Shown here: in pieces, positions 28,970 through 38,374 of the stretch | Layout of the letters: each line of letters begins with the position of its first letter | Position numbering within the stretch: the first letter of the stretch is position 1 | From: an uncultured bacterium | Lineage (GTDB): Bacteria > Fidelibacterota > Marinisomatia > Marinisomatales > UBA1611 | Reading direction: 5' to 3' | Assembly: GCA_913020665.1 (NCBI GenBank) | Contig: CAJVZI010000002.1 | Span: forward strand, 16,070-80,069 | DNA: 64,000 bases | Position numbers and translations under genes: made by a program | Notes under the pieces: model-generated | Databases searched by the model: none | Told to the model about the DNA's origin: nothing | The model's input: only the letters and a program-made list of their open reading frames with translations

Positions 28970-29356
28970 ATGAATATTAATAATAATTCGGTCATTAGAT
29001 ATTTTTGGCTTGTGTTAGGTATATTGTTATCTACTATCGGTTTAATAGGCATTATTGTTCCTGGGTTACCAACCACTCCAATAATGATTCTTGCGGCAGC
29101 ATGTTTCTTTCGCAGTTCCGAAAGATTATATAATTGGGTAATAGAAAATAAGTATTACGGACACCACGTTAAAAATTTTCGTGAAGGAAGAGGGATGCCT
29201 AAAAAAGCTAAGTTCATGGCCATAGGTACGATGTGGGTCTTTGTATCTATTTCAGTTCTTTTTGGGATTCCTGATCACATGTTAATGATCAAGGTCATTA
29301 CTATTTTAGGAGCTGCAACAGGAACGGGGTATGTAATAAGCCTGAGGACAATGTAG
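28970..29356 (+). CDS. DUF454 (YbaN) family inner-membrane protein
   Basis: GIIVPGLPTTPIMILAAACFFRSSERLYNW is the typical YbaN motif. Confidence 0.7.
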   Translation: MNINNNSVIRYFWLVLGILLSTIGLIGIIVPGLPTTPIMILAAACFFRSSERLYNWVIENKYYGHHVKNFREGRGMPKKAKFMAIGTMWVFVSISVLFGIPDHMLMIKVITILGAATGTGYVISLRTM

Positions 29357-29359
29357 AAT

Positions 29360-30679
29360 TTATTCTGTCAATCTTCCCAGGCGACGATATTTTTCTTTAT
29401 ATTTTTCCCAAAGGTTCTTTTGCCGATCTGACATATCCAATTCGCGACCTTGAATAAATGCTTTTATTGGGTTCGTTGTTTGGGTTAGTGGTTCTTTTTC
29501 TGCTATAAAGAATGTGGCATCTTTACCAGGTTCGAGTGATCCAATTTGTTCATCCACCCCTAATATTTCAGCTGCCGATAAAGTAATAGACCTTAAAGCC
29601 TGATCTTCTGTTAATCCCCATGATAAAGCTCTCATTGCTTCATCAGGCAAGGTCCTAACATGTCCATCCATCGGATACCCAGGATCTAGTGATATACAAA
29701 AATGAACACCAGCTTCATATAACATAGAAGGCAATTTATAAGGAAGATGAATAGGCTCAAATCTTCGTCTAGGAGTAACTTGCACACCAAGTAATATTAC
29801 AGGCACATTATTTTTTACTAATAGTTCTGGATTTATCCATGAATCTCTGCCACCAACGATCACTATATTTAGGTCTTGGTCATTAGCCCAGTTGACCGCT
29901 GCTTCTATTTGCCTAATATCATTTGCTTTTACGTGGATGGGTTCTTTATAAATAATAAATGGGATCATAGATTCTAGTCTCAGATCAGATTCTTGTTTGT
30001 GCTCTGCTTTCCTTTCTTTTGCATTTCGTCTATGGTGATACGCACGCACATTGCGAACCAAAAGGTCAATTTCTCTTATAGTTGCATTGTATTCATCTAG
30101 CTGTACTTTATCATTCTTTTTGATATTTTTTCTAAAATCAAAATTCATATTAGGCCAATTCAAATTCAAAGCAGCTGGATGCTTCAGAGTTGCATCTTCC
30201 CATGTCCATCCATCCATCATCATCACGGAAGATTGTCCTGGTATTCTTCCTGATGAAGGTGCAGAATTGACTACCAAGACACCGTTTGATCTTGTCACTG
30301 GAATAAGATCTGAATCAGGGTTATAAGCCACATTTGCTCTCACATTAGGATTTATATCTCCGGTCTCAGAATGGTCATTTGTCTGCTTTACAGCTGAGAT
30401 CTCAGTGAGACCAATCCTAGTGTATCCAGCAACAAAACCAGGAACCACATGTTTTCCAAAAATTTCATACACATCGGTCTCGGGCGAAGGCTGGATCTGT
30501 TCATCAATAGTGATGATCTTTCCCTCTGCAAACAACAGATCGTATTTCTCTAGTACGTCACCTGAAACCGTATGAAGAGTGCCGCCACGTAACAGAATAG
30601 GTCTTTTTTGGTCTGTGCCAGGGATCTGATCATTTGATAAGATCAGTGACATGAATAGCAATAGAGTTAAATTTTTCAT
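29360..30679 (-). CDS. Secreted amidohydrolase-superfamily protein
   Basis: Signal peptide MKNLTLLLFMSLILS. C-terminal GSLEPGKDATFFIA matches the amidohydrolase GxxxxGxxADxxx tail. Confidence 0.65.
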   Translation of the reverse strand: MKNLTLLLFMSLILSNDQIPGTDQKRPILLRGGTLHTVSGDVLEKYDLLFAEGKIITIDEQIQPSPETDVYEIFGKHVVPGFVAGYTRIGLTEISAVKQTNDHSETGDINPNVRANVAYNPDSDLIPVTRSNGVLVVNSAPSSGRIPGQSSVMMMDGWTWEDATLKHPAALNLNWPNMNFDFRKNIKKNDKVQLDEYNATIREIDLLVRNVRAYHHRRNAKERKAEHKQESDLRLESMIPFIIYKEPIHVKANDIRQIEAAVNWANDQDLNIVIVGGRDSWINPELLVKNNVPVILLGVQVTPRRRFEPIHLPYKLPSMLYEAGVHFCISLDPGYPMDGHVRTLPDEAMRALSWGLTEDQALRSITLSAAEILGVDEQIGSLEPGKDATFFIAEKEPLTQTTNPIKAFIQGRELDMSDRQKNLWEKYKEKYRRLGRLTE

Positions 30680-30683
30680 ATTA

Positions 30684-33600
30684 TCAAAACTCTGATCCCA
30701 CTAGATCATCATCATCCATTAGACAATTATGATGTTGAGGCGTACCACTATTTGGCTTCATATCTTTGCCAAAAGAAGAGGTCTTGGAGCTCAATATTTT
30801 TTGAATCAGATCTCTTCTCTCTGTTTTATCCCTATCTTCTAATTGAGCATTCTCATCAACCGACCAGTACCTAGTACCTTCGATCCAGGTCTCCTGTACT
30901 TTAGAGTATATAGACAATGGCGGGCCATCCCAAATCACAAAATCTGCATGTTTTCCTTCTTCTAATGACCCTACCCATTTATCTATTTTTAATTGTTTTG
31001 CGGGGTTGATAGTTACGAAGTGTAATGCCTCTTCCTCAGATAGATCACCATATTTTACTGCTTTCATAGCTTCTGTATTCATCCTCCTAGCTAATTCAGA
31101 GTCATCTGAGTTAAATGAAACGAGAACATCATTATTTGCCATTAGAGTTCCATTATAGGGAATCGCATCGATCACCTCATATTTATACTGCCACCAATCT
31201 GAAAAAGTGGATGCCCCTGCGCCATGCTCGGCCAGACGCTCAGCTACTTTATAGCCTTCAAGAACGTGTTGGAACGTAGCGATCTTAAATCCAAAATCTT
31301 CAGCGATCCGCGTCAACATCCATATTTCATCTTGCCGATATGAATGGCAGTGTAAAAGCCGAGTCCCTTCTAATATTTCAGCCAAGGCTTCAAGCTCTAG
31401 GTCTCTTCTTGGTGGTATGATCTTTCTTTGGGCTTTTGAATTCCTGTCATATGTTTTATGTCTATGTCTATAATCCTGAGCAGCACGGAAAGCATCCCTT
31501 ATAACTTGCTCAACACCCATCCGGGTCTGGGGGTACCGCCCTGTCCCAGCCCAATTGGCTTGTTTAACATTTTCTCCTAGAGCAAATTTGATTCCTTCTG
31601 GGGCATTTTTAAAAATTAGATCCTCTGGGGTTGAGCCCCACTTTAGTTTTATGACTGCATTTTGACCGCCAATAGGATTTGCTGAACCATGCAATACATT
31701 GGCTGTGGTCAATCCTCCCCCTAGCTGTCTATAAATATTAACATCATCAGCAAATAATACGTCTTTTATCCTCACTTCCGCAGTTACAGCCTGAGCTCCT
31801 TCATTAATGGAAGATGCTGCTGAATGGCTATGACAATCAATAAGTCCTGGGGTCACATATTTACCTGTGCCATCAATTAAAAGAGCGCTACCCATAGGAA
31901 CACTAATGTCGGGTGCTACCTTATCGACCTTGCCATTTACAAAAAGAATATCCCATTCCTCAACAATCCCTTTCGGGCCACAGGTCCATATGGTAGCATT
32001 ATCAATTAGAATAGCATTTGGAGATAACAGATCCTTATCTAACCCATATGCCCCTTCAGGATGATATAGTTCTAGATCACTTGCTATATCTTTTTGCCTG
32101 ATAATGGGCTTAATATCAACAGTTCGTTTTGCTTTGAAAGTAAGACCCTTTTTCGTTCCATCGTTTACCTTCCCCTTGAATTGATCTTTCTTTATCTGGC
32201 CTTTGAATGCAAGCATTGCATCTACACCAAGTAAAGTCCCCTTTACTTTGAATTCAATTACTTTATTTGAAATTCTTAGGTCCACCAAGTTCAAGGTTTC
32301 ATCACCTATTTTGACCTTGCCTTCCAGTTTATTGGTCGCCAATGCTTTCTGTCTTAGATCGCTGGTCTTTTTATATGTACTTGGAACTGAGAACTCTAGA
32401 TCGTAGGTGTTTTTATCTATCTCTAGCTCCCATTTTCCTGCGATGATAGGTTTATGGCGATCAGTAATATATTTTTCTTTTCCTGCAAGCCAGATCGATG
32501 TGACCCTAGATCTTGTATCAAAATAATTACCATCTGTTACAACTAAGTTTGCCATATAACCAGGTTGGATCTTGCCTAGTATCTTTTCCGCTCCCATTGC
32601 TTCAGCTGGGTATGTGGTAAGCGCCGCTAGTGCAACATCCTGTGATAGTCCACGATCAATGATCTTTTGAAGATTCTTTCTGAAATCTTTTTTGTTCTTA
32701 AGCGTTCCAGATGTAAGACTAAAACGTAGGTCAGCATCAAAGGCTTTTTTTATGTTATCTGGAGCCATATCCCAATGTTTTAGTTGCTCATTTGAGAACT
32801 GCAAGGCGATATGTGGGTCGGTAACTTTTGGTTTGTTTGGAAAATCAAGTGGAAAAATAATGAATGGATTGAATTGAGCGATCTCTTTCAATCTGCGATA
32901 TTCATATCCACTACCAAGAAGCCACGGATTAAGGTTGAACTCTTCAGCGATCTTTAGTGATCGCAATGCACCATGCTCTTCTTTTGTCATGAAAAGTATT
33001 GGTAATCTGTTGGCGTGATATCTGCCTAATTCTGAAAGAGAGGGGTTAAGAGGAAGGACCTCATTCTCCTCGGGATATTTATTAAAGATCTCAAGTGATC
33101 TAAGATACCAATCTGCATCCATAAAGGTCTGCCTCATTACTGCGATGACACCTAATAAAGAATTAGGATATCCTCTGTCCGACCATCCTGTTGTCTTGAA
33201 CTCTAATACTTGAGACACATCCTTTGCAATAGACACCATGTCATCATTTAGAACTACAAGATCAGATTTCCCTTTAAAAATGCCTTTTTCAGGAACAACA
33301 TGCGCTGCTGTGATTCCTATTGAATGAAGTGCCTTTAGCTCTTTTTTCTTGAGCTTTAGGTCATCCTTTGCCCTATACTCGGCTCTGATCTTTTCATTCC
33401 AATGATCATCAGGACTTTTTGTTTTTTCATCTTTTTTAATTTGAAGCCAGCCATCTATGAATCCTGCATATATATGAGCTCCTTCCATATCGATCTCATA
33501 CGCGTCAAGGGGAATCTGAATATATCGACCTACTTTTTCTATCTTTCCGTCCCTTACAATTATGGTAGCATCTTTAATAGAATCTCCAGGCTCTGTGTGT

Positions 33601-33722
33601 ACCATAGCATGACTTAAGGCCCATACACGAGGATCGTTTCTATGAATATCCTTTACAGGTTCTGTCTGTGCTTGAAGAGCCGTGATCAATAAGATCACGT
33701 ATATAGTAGTTCTACCTATCAA
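30684..33722 (-). CDS. Large secreted two-domain amidohydrolase-superfamily protein
   Basis: Signal peptide. GLIDCHSHSAAS (metal-binding HxH) and GSLEEGKHADFVIW. An N-terminal second amidohydrolase-like module contains GKIQPGYMANLVV. TTG start overlaps the LOG stop. Confidence 0.7.
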   Translation of the reverse strand: MIGRTTIYVILLITALQAQTEPVKDIHRNDPRVWALSHAMVHTEPGDSIKDATIIVRDGKIEKVGRYIQIPLDAYEIDMEGAHIYAGFIDGWLQIKKDEKTKSPDDHWNEKIRAEYRAKDDLKLKKKELKALHSIGITAAHVVPEKGIFKGKSDLVVLNDDMVSIAKDVSQVLEFKTTGWSDRGYPNSLLGVIAVMRQTFMDADWYLRSLEIFNKYPEENEVLPLNPSLSELGRYHANRLPILFMTKEEHGALRSLKIAEEFNLNPWLLGSGYEYRRLKEIAQFNPFIIFPLDFPNKPKVTDPHIALQFSNEQLKHWDMAPDNIKKAFDADLRFSLTSGTLKNKKDFRKNLQKIIDRGLSQDVALAALTTYPAEAMGAEKILGKIQPGYMANLVVTDGNYFDTRSRVTSIWLAGKEKYITDRHKPIIAGKWELEIDKNTYDLEFSVPSTYKKTSDLRQKALATNKLEGKVKIGDETLNLVDLRISNKVIEFKVKGTLLGVDAMLAFKGQIKKDQFKGKVNDGTKKGLTFKAKRTVDIKPIIRQKDIASDLELYHPEGAYGLDKDLLSPNAILIDNATIWTCGPKGIVEEWDILFVNGKVDKVAPDISVPMGSALLIDGTGKYVTPGLIDCHSHSAASSINEGAQAVTAEVRIKDVLFADDVNIYRQLGGGLTTANVLHGSANPIGGQNAVIKLKWGSTPEDLIFKNAPEGIKFALGENVKQANWAGTGRYPQTRMGVEQVIRDAFRAAQDYRHRHKTYDRNSKAQRKIIPPRRDLELEALAEILEGTRLLHCHSYRQDEIWMLTRIAEDFGFKIATFQHVLEGYKVAERLAEHGAGASTFSDWWQYKYEVIDAIPYNGTLMANNDVLVSFNSDDSELARRMNTEAMKAVKYGDLSEEEALHFVTINPAKQLKIDKWVGSLEEGKHADFVIWDGPPLSIYSKVQETWIEGTRYWSVDENAQLEDRDKTERRDLIQKILSSKTSSFGKDMKPNSGTPQHHNCLMDDDDLVGSEF

Positions 33723-34531
33723 AAATTTGGTCCTTTAAGTTGATTCTTTTTTAAAAAGTCCGTTACAAATTTGAAAGTATCATTCACGTCATCAGAAATG
33801 TAAAATAGGTCAAGATCCTCAGGTGATATTGTACCTATTTCTACAAGGTAATCCCAGTTAACTACCTTTTCCCAAAATTCTTTTCCATACAATACTATTG
33901 GCAGCCGCTTTTTTATCTTCTCTGTTTGGATCAGGGTCAACAGTTCCATCACCTCGTCTAAGGTCCCAAATCCTCCCGGCCAAACGATCAAAGCTTTTGC
34001 CAGATATAGGAACCAGAACTTACGCATAAAAAAGTAATGAAATTTCATGCTGAGGTCCTCAGAGATCCACTTGTTACCAGATGATTCGTAAGGAAGTGAT
34101 ATAGTAAGACCTACATTGACACCACCTGCCTCTGAAGCTCCTCTGTTAGATGCTTCCATGATTCCAGGGCCACCACCAGAACATATAATATAGCGGTGTT
34201 TTGTTCCTTTTAAACTTTTACTCCATTTTGTGAATTTTCCTGCTAACTCCCTAGCATCTTCATAATAGCGACTCATTTTCACATCCATTTTGAGTCGATT
34301 TAATGCTTGTTTATCAATCTCTTTTGGAGCTTTTTTTAGTGCCTTTTCTGCATCCTCTTTGGAAGGAGTCCTTGCTGAACCAAAAAAGACAATAGTGTCA
34401 GAGATCTTGTTACGTTGCAGTTTTTGTAGTGGCCCATAATATTCAGATAGGATCCTTACGGATCTTCCTGAAGGACTACTGAGAAAATCTGTATTATAGT
34501 AGAATCGATCTTTGGCATCAATTTTTGACAT
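33719..34531 (-). CDS. LOG / TIGR00730 family nucleotide 5'-monophosphate nucleosidase-like protein
   Basis: SGGGPGIMEASNRGA and WPGGFGTLDEVMELLTLIQT. The ATG at 34531 (MSKIDAKD, preceded by GAGGA) is preferred over the track TTG at 34585. Confidence 0.8.
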   Translation of the reverse strand: MSKIDAKDRFYYNTDFLSSPSGRSVRILSEYYGPLQKLQRNKISDTIVFFGSARTPSKEDAEKALKKAPKEIDKQALNRLKMDVKMSRYYEDARELAGKFTKWSKSLKGTKHRYIICSGGGPGIMEASNRGASEAGGVNVGLTISLPYESSGNKWISEDLSMKFHYFFMRKFWFLYLAKALIVWPGGFGTLDEVMELLTLIQTEKIKKRLPIVLYGKEFWEKVVNWDYLVEIGTISPEDLDLFYISDDVNDTFKFVTDFLKKNQLKGPNF

Positions 34532-34592
34532 TCTATTTATTCCTCTTGTATGTGATGATAAAAGTAAACCTTTTCTTTTTGTCAAGAAAGTC

Positions 34593-34637
34593 TAGATTAT
34601 CATAGATATAATCTATTGGTTGGATTATTCTAATCTA
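34593..34637. promoter_or_regulatory. Cluster of four TAGATTAT / ATAATCTA half-sites (two inverted-repeat pairs) in the LOG / kyn divergent promoter region
   Basis: TAGATTAT 34593-600, ATAATCTA 34608-15, TGGATTAT 34621-28 and TAATCTA 34631-37, read directly from sequence. Confidence 0.35.
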
Positions 34638-34651
34638 GTTATTTTTGACTA

Positions 34652-34993
34652 ATGTACATTCACATATTATTAATTGGATTCTTTTTTTCATGTGCTGCGC
34701 CACCCCAACCAAAGCCAATTATAATGCCTCCTACAAAAACATCGGCCTTACAGCCCAATGAAGAGACCGTCTATACTCTTGGCTATATGTCTGCGTATGA
34801 GATCTGGGAATTTTTAAAAGAAAATCCTTCTGAAAGTGAAGTCCTTGATACTTTTGGTTTTCCAGACTCTGTTTGGCTAGATGATAATGAATCTACCAAA
34901 TTTCTCTATTATTATATTTCTGAAATGCAGGACTATAACACAATAGAAATAAGCGCAAGATCGGATAGTGTTTCCGGATTTGAATGGGATTAA
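34652..34993 (+). CDS. Hypothetical lipoprotein (113 aa), first gene of the kyn operon
   Basis: Lipobox FFFSCAAP. Ends 6 nt before kynA. Confidence 0.35.
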   Translation: MYIHILLIGFFFSCAAPPQPKPIIMPPTKTSALQPNEETVYTLGYMSAYEIWEFLKENPSESEVLDTFGFPDSVWLDDNESTKFLYYYISEMQDYNTIEISARSDSVSGFEWD

Positions 34994-34999
34994 TTCATA

Positions 35000-36085
35000 A
35001 TGACTAAAAAACCATTGAACTATAGTGATTATCTAAAATTGGAAGATATTTTAAATAGTCAGGAACTAAAAAGTGCAGAACGTGGTGCTCCTGCTCATGA
35101 TGAGATGTTATTCATTATTATTCACCAGGTATATGAGCTTTGGTTCAAACAAGTTATCCATGAACTGAATTCTGTTTTAGATATATTTGGAAAAAGATCA
35201 GTTGTGGAATCAGATGTAAGTCTTGCGGTTGCACGGCTAGATCGAATCATTGAAATACAAAAGATATTGATCGATCAGGTCCGTGTGTTAGAGACCATGA
35301 CAGCTATGGATTTTCTGGAATTTAGAGATGACCTTTTTCCCTCATCTGGTTTTCAAAGTGCGCAATTTAGATTGCTTGAGAATAAACTAGGACTTCCAAA
35401 AGGAAATAGGATCAATTATGGTAAGGAAGATTATAAAACTGCAATAATTAATAAGGAAAAAGAACAGGTAGAAAGATCAGAGAGTGAAAGATCTTTATTT
35501 GAATTACTTGAAAACTGGTTAGAGCGTACACCCTTTCTATCATTTGAAGGGTTTGATTTTTGGGAGCAGTATAGCGAAGCTGTTAGGTCGATGCTTGCCA
35601 AAGAAAAGGAAGTGATTAAAAGTAATCCTAATTATTCAGATAGTGAGATAGAATATCATTTATTGGAGCATCAGCGTGCAGTAGATAGTTTTGAAGCCAT
35701 GATCGATCCTAAAAAACATGACCAATTGGTTAAAAAGAATAAAAAGCGTTTGTCCCATAAAGCAACCCAGGCAGCACTATTGATCTTTTTATATCGAGAA
35801 GAGCCTATTCTTCATTCTCCATTCAATTTTTTATCACGCCTTATGGATATGGACGAGCTTTTCACAACTTGGAGGCAGCGTCACGCACTTATGGTCAGAA
35901 GAATGATCGGTGCCAAGATAGGAACGGGCGGTTCATCAGGGCATGCCTACTTACAAGCAACGGCAGATCGTTATAAAGTATTCACTGAACTAGCAGATCT
36001 GTCAACGTTCTTTATTCCACGATCTGCATTACCAGAATTACCTGAACATATTAAACAAAATTTGGGGTATCATTTTAAATCATGA
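35000..36085 (+). CDS. kynA: Tryptophan 2,3-dioxygenase
   Basis: YLKLEDILNSQ, HDEMLFIIIHQVYELWFKQ and GTGGSSG are TDO hallmarks. Confidence 0.85.
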   Translation: MTKKPLNYSDYLKLEDILNSQELKSAERGAPAHDEMLFIIIHQVYELWFKQVIHELNSVLDIFGKRSVVESDVSLAVARLDRIIEIQKILIDQVRVLETMTAMDFLEFRDDLFPSSGFQSAQFRLLENKLGLPKGNRINYGKEDYKTAIINKEKEQVERSESERSLFELLENWLERTPFLSFEGFDFWEQYSEAVRSMLAKEKEVIKSNPNYSDSEIEYHLLEHQRAVDSFEAMIDPKKHDQLVKKNKKRLSHKATQAALLIFLYREEPILHSPFNFLSRLMDMDELFTTWRQRHALMVRRMIGAKIGTGGSSGHAYLQATADRYKVFTELADLSTFFIPRSALPELPEHIKQNLGYHFKS

Positions 36086-36870
36086 ATTTATCATTAGAGA
36101 ATAAACATGCTATCATTTGTGGTAGTTCGGATGGAATTGGCAAAGCATCCGCGATTACAATGGCGCAGCGAGGGTGTGAGATCACTCTAGTTGCTAGAAA
36201 CCAGGAAAAACTTGATTCTACTTTGCTGGAGCTAAATACTAAGCAAGATCAGCAACATCAAACTGTATGTGTTGATTTTGATCAGCCAGAAAAAGTAAAA
36301 GAAAGTGTAACATTGCATATAGGAACATTGGGTAAACCGGTGGATATTCTGATCAATAACTCTGGTGGACCTCACGGTGGACCGATCATTGAAGCTGACG
36401 AAAACGAATTCAGGGTCGCTTTCGAGCGTTTATTGATCTGCAATCAAATAATGGCAAAAGCCGTTTTCCCAGGAATGAAAGAACAAGGATCAGGGCGCAT
36501 CATCAATATTATTTCTACTTCAGTAAAACAGGTAATCCCTGGTCTTGGTGTGTCAAATACAATAAGAGGTAGTGTAGCACAATGGGGTAAAACTCTTGCG
36601 ATTGAATTAGGTGAATATGGTATCTGCGTGAATAATATTTTACCTGGATATACTTCAACAGCACGACTCCAAGATCTGGCTGATAGTAAAGCAGAGGCTT
36701 TAGGCGTTACACCGAAAGAGATACGCGAGGTTTGGGCAAAGAACACTTCCTTAAGACGTTTAGGAGCACCAGAAGAAATAGCAAATACAGTCGCGTTCTT
36801 AGCATCTGATGAATCTGGATATATAACAGGACATAATCTATCTGTAGATGGTGGAAGATTTGGTGCTTGA
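36082..36870 (+). CDS. Atypical SDR-family protein lacking the YxxxK catalytic dyad
   Basis: CGSSDGIGKA Rossmann motif and NNSGG. An ungapped alignment by eye to E. coli FabG puts S-N-T-I-R where Y151-A-A-A-K155 lies. Its ATGA start overlaps the kynA stop. Confidence 0.75.
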   Translation: MNLSLENKHAIICGSSDGIGKASAITMAQRGCEITLVARNQEKLDSTLLELNTKQDQQHQTVCVDFDQPEKVKESVTLHIGTLGKPVDILINNSGGPHGGPIIEADENEFRVAFERLLICNQIMAKAVFPGMKEQGSGRIINIISTSVKQVIPGLGVSNTIRGSVAQWGKTLAIELGEYGICVNNILPGYTSTARLQDLADSKAEALGVTPKEIREVWAKNTSLRRLGAPEEIANTVAFLASDESGYITGHNLSVDGGRFGA

Positions 36871-36931
36871 TGAGGATAGAAAAATATATTTGGTATACTA
36901 ATAACATAGACTGCATATTGTTTCCCTGAAG

Positions 36932-38374
36932 ATGGAACTAGTTGAAAATTTTATTAATGGTCAATACGTTTCTAGTGACTCAAGTGCTTTCATAGATATA
37001 TACGAACCGGCAACCGGAGACATATACGGAAAATTTAAGGATTCAAACGCAAATGATATAGATCATGCGGTCAGGTCTGCAAAGAATGCATTCCCTGATT
37101 GGTCAGGTCTATCCATTCGTGAAAGAGCGGTTCATCTAAATAATATTGCTAATGGTATTGAACAAAGGTTAGATGAATTTGCAGAATTTGAATCCAGAGA
37201 TACTGGGAAGCCTATTGCGCTTGCTCGTTCTCTTGATATTCCAAGATCAGTTCTTAATTTTAAATTTTTTGCTGATCATGCTATGCAATTTGAATTCAAT
37301 TTTAATTTAAATAGTGAATCTTCACAAAATCTTATCAATAGGAGCCCTCTTGGGGTTGTGGCATGTATCTCGCCATGGAATTTGCCTCTTTATCTATTCA
37401 CCTGGAAGATAGCTCCTGCGTTGATCACGGGTAATACGGTTATCGCAAAGCCTTCAGAGTTGACACCCTATACCGCATATTTATTGGGGGGTGTGTGCCG
37501 AGAAAAAGGATTACCTCCTGGTGTTTTAAATATTGTAAATGGTAGAGGGGATACCTGTGGAGAACTATTGGTCAAACATGAAGATGTCAAAGCAATCTCC
37601 TTTACAGGGGGAACAGCCACTGGTAAATTGATCTCCAAGAGTGCATCAAAAACATTTAAAAAATTGTCCTTGGAGATGGGAGGTAAGAATCCAGCCATTA
37701 TTTTTGATGATTGTGATTATGATTCAATGCTAGATAATATTGTTAGGTCATCATTTTCAAATCAAGGACAGATCTGTTTATGTAGTTCACGACTTTTGAT
37801 CGAACAAACGATCTATGAAAAATTTAAAAAGGACCTTACTCTAAAAGTTTTAGAACTAGTAATAGGTGACCCTTCAAAAATTGAGACTCAATTTGGTTCT
37901 GTTTGCTCCGAGGGGCATCTGCAGAAAGTGCTCAATTATATTGCATTGGCAAAAAAAGAAGGTGGCAAGGTCATAGCTGGAGGTAAAATAGTTGAATTGG
38001 AAGGCCGATGTAGTAATGGATGGTTCATTGAGCCAACCTTGGTGGAAGATCTAGGCCCTTCAAGCAGAGTGAACCAGGAGGAGATCTTTGGTCCAGTGGT
38101 TACTTTACAACCCTTTGATTCAGAAGCAGATGCTATTGAACATGCTAATAATACAGATTATGGATTATCTGCGACTGTTTGGACGGAGGATATTGAGAAA
38201 GGAAAAAGGGTTGCCAAAAGAATTGATGCGGGTGTTATCTGGATCAATTGCTGGTTACTACGAGACCTCAGGACACCTTTTGGTGGTATGAAAAATTCTG
38301 GTTTAGGAAGGGAAGGGGGTGATGATGCGCTCAAATTTTTTACAGAAGCAAAAAATATTTGTGTACCTGCATGA
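36932..38374 (+). CDS. NAD-dependent aldehyde dehydrogenase, probably 2-aminomuconate-6-semialdehyde dehydrogenase
   Basis: FTGGTATGK, LEMGGKNP and GQICLCSSR (catalytic Cys). The specific role is inferred from operon context. Confidence 0.75.
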   Translation: MELVENFINGQYVSSDSSAFIDIYEPATGDIYGKFKDSNANDIDHAVRSAKNAFPDWSGLSIRERAVHLNNIANGIEQRLDEFAEFESRDTGKPIALARSLDIPRSVLNFKFFADHAMQFEFNFNLNSESSQNLINRSPLGVVACISPWNLPLYLFTWKIAPALITGNTVIAKPSELTPYTAYLLGGVCREKGLPPGVLNIVNGRGDTCGELLVKHEDVKAISFTGGTATGKLISKSASKTFKKLSLEMGGKNPAIIFDDCDYDSMLDNIVRSSFSNQGQICLCSSRLLIEQTIYEKFKKDLTLKVLELVIGDPSKIETQFGSVCSEGHLQKVLNYIALAKKEGGKVIAGGKIVELEGRCSNGWFIEPTLVEDLGPSSRVNQEEIFGPVVTLQPFDSEADAIEHANNTDYGLSATVWTEDIEKGKRVAKRIDAGVIWINCWLLRDLRTPFGGMKNSGLGREGGDDALKFFTEAKNICVPA

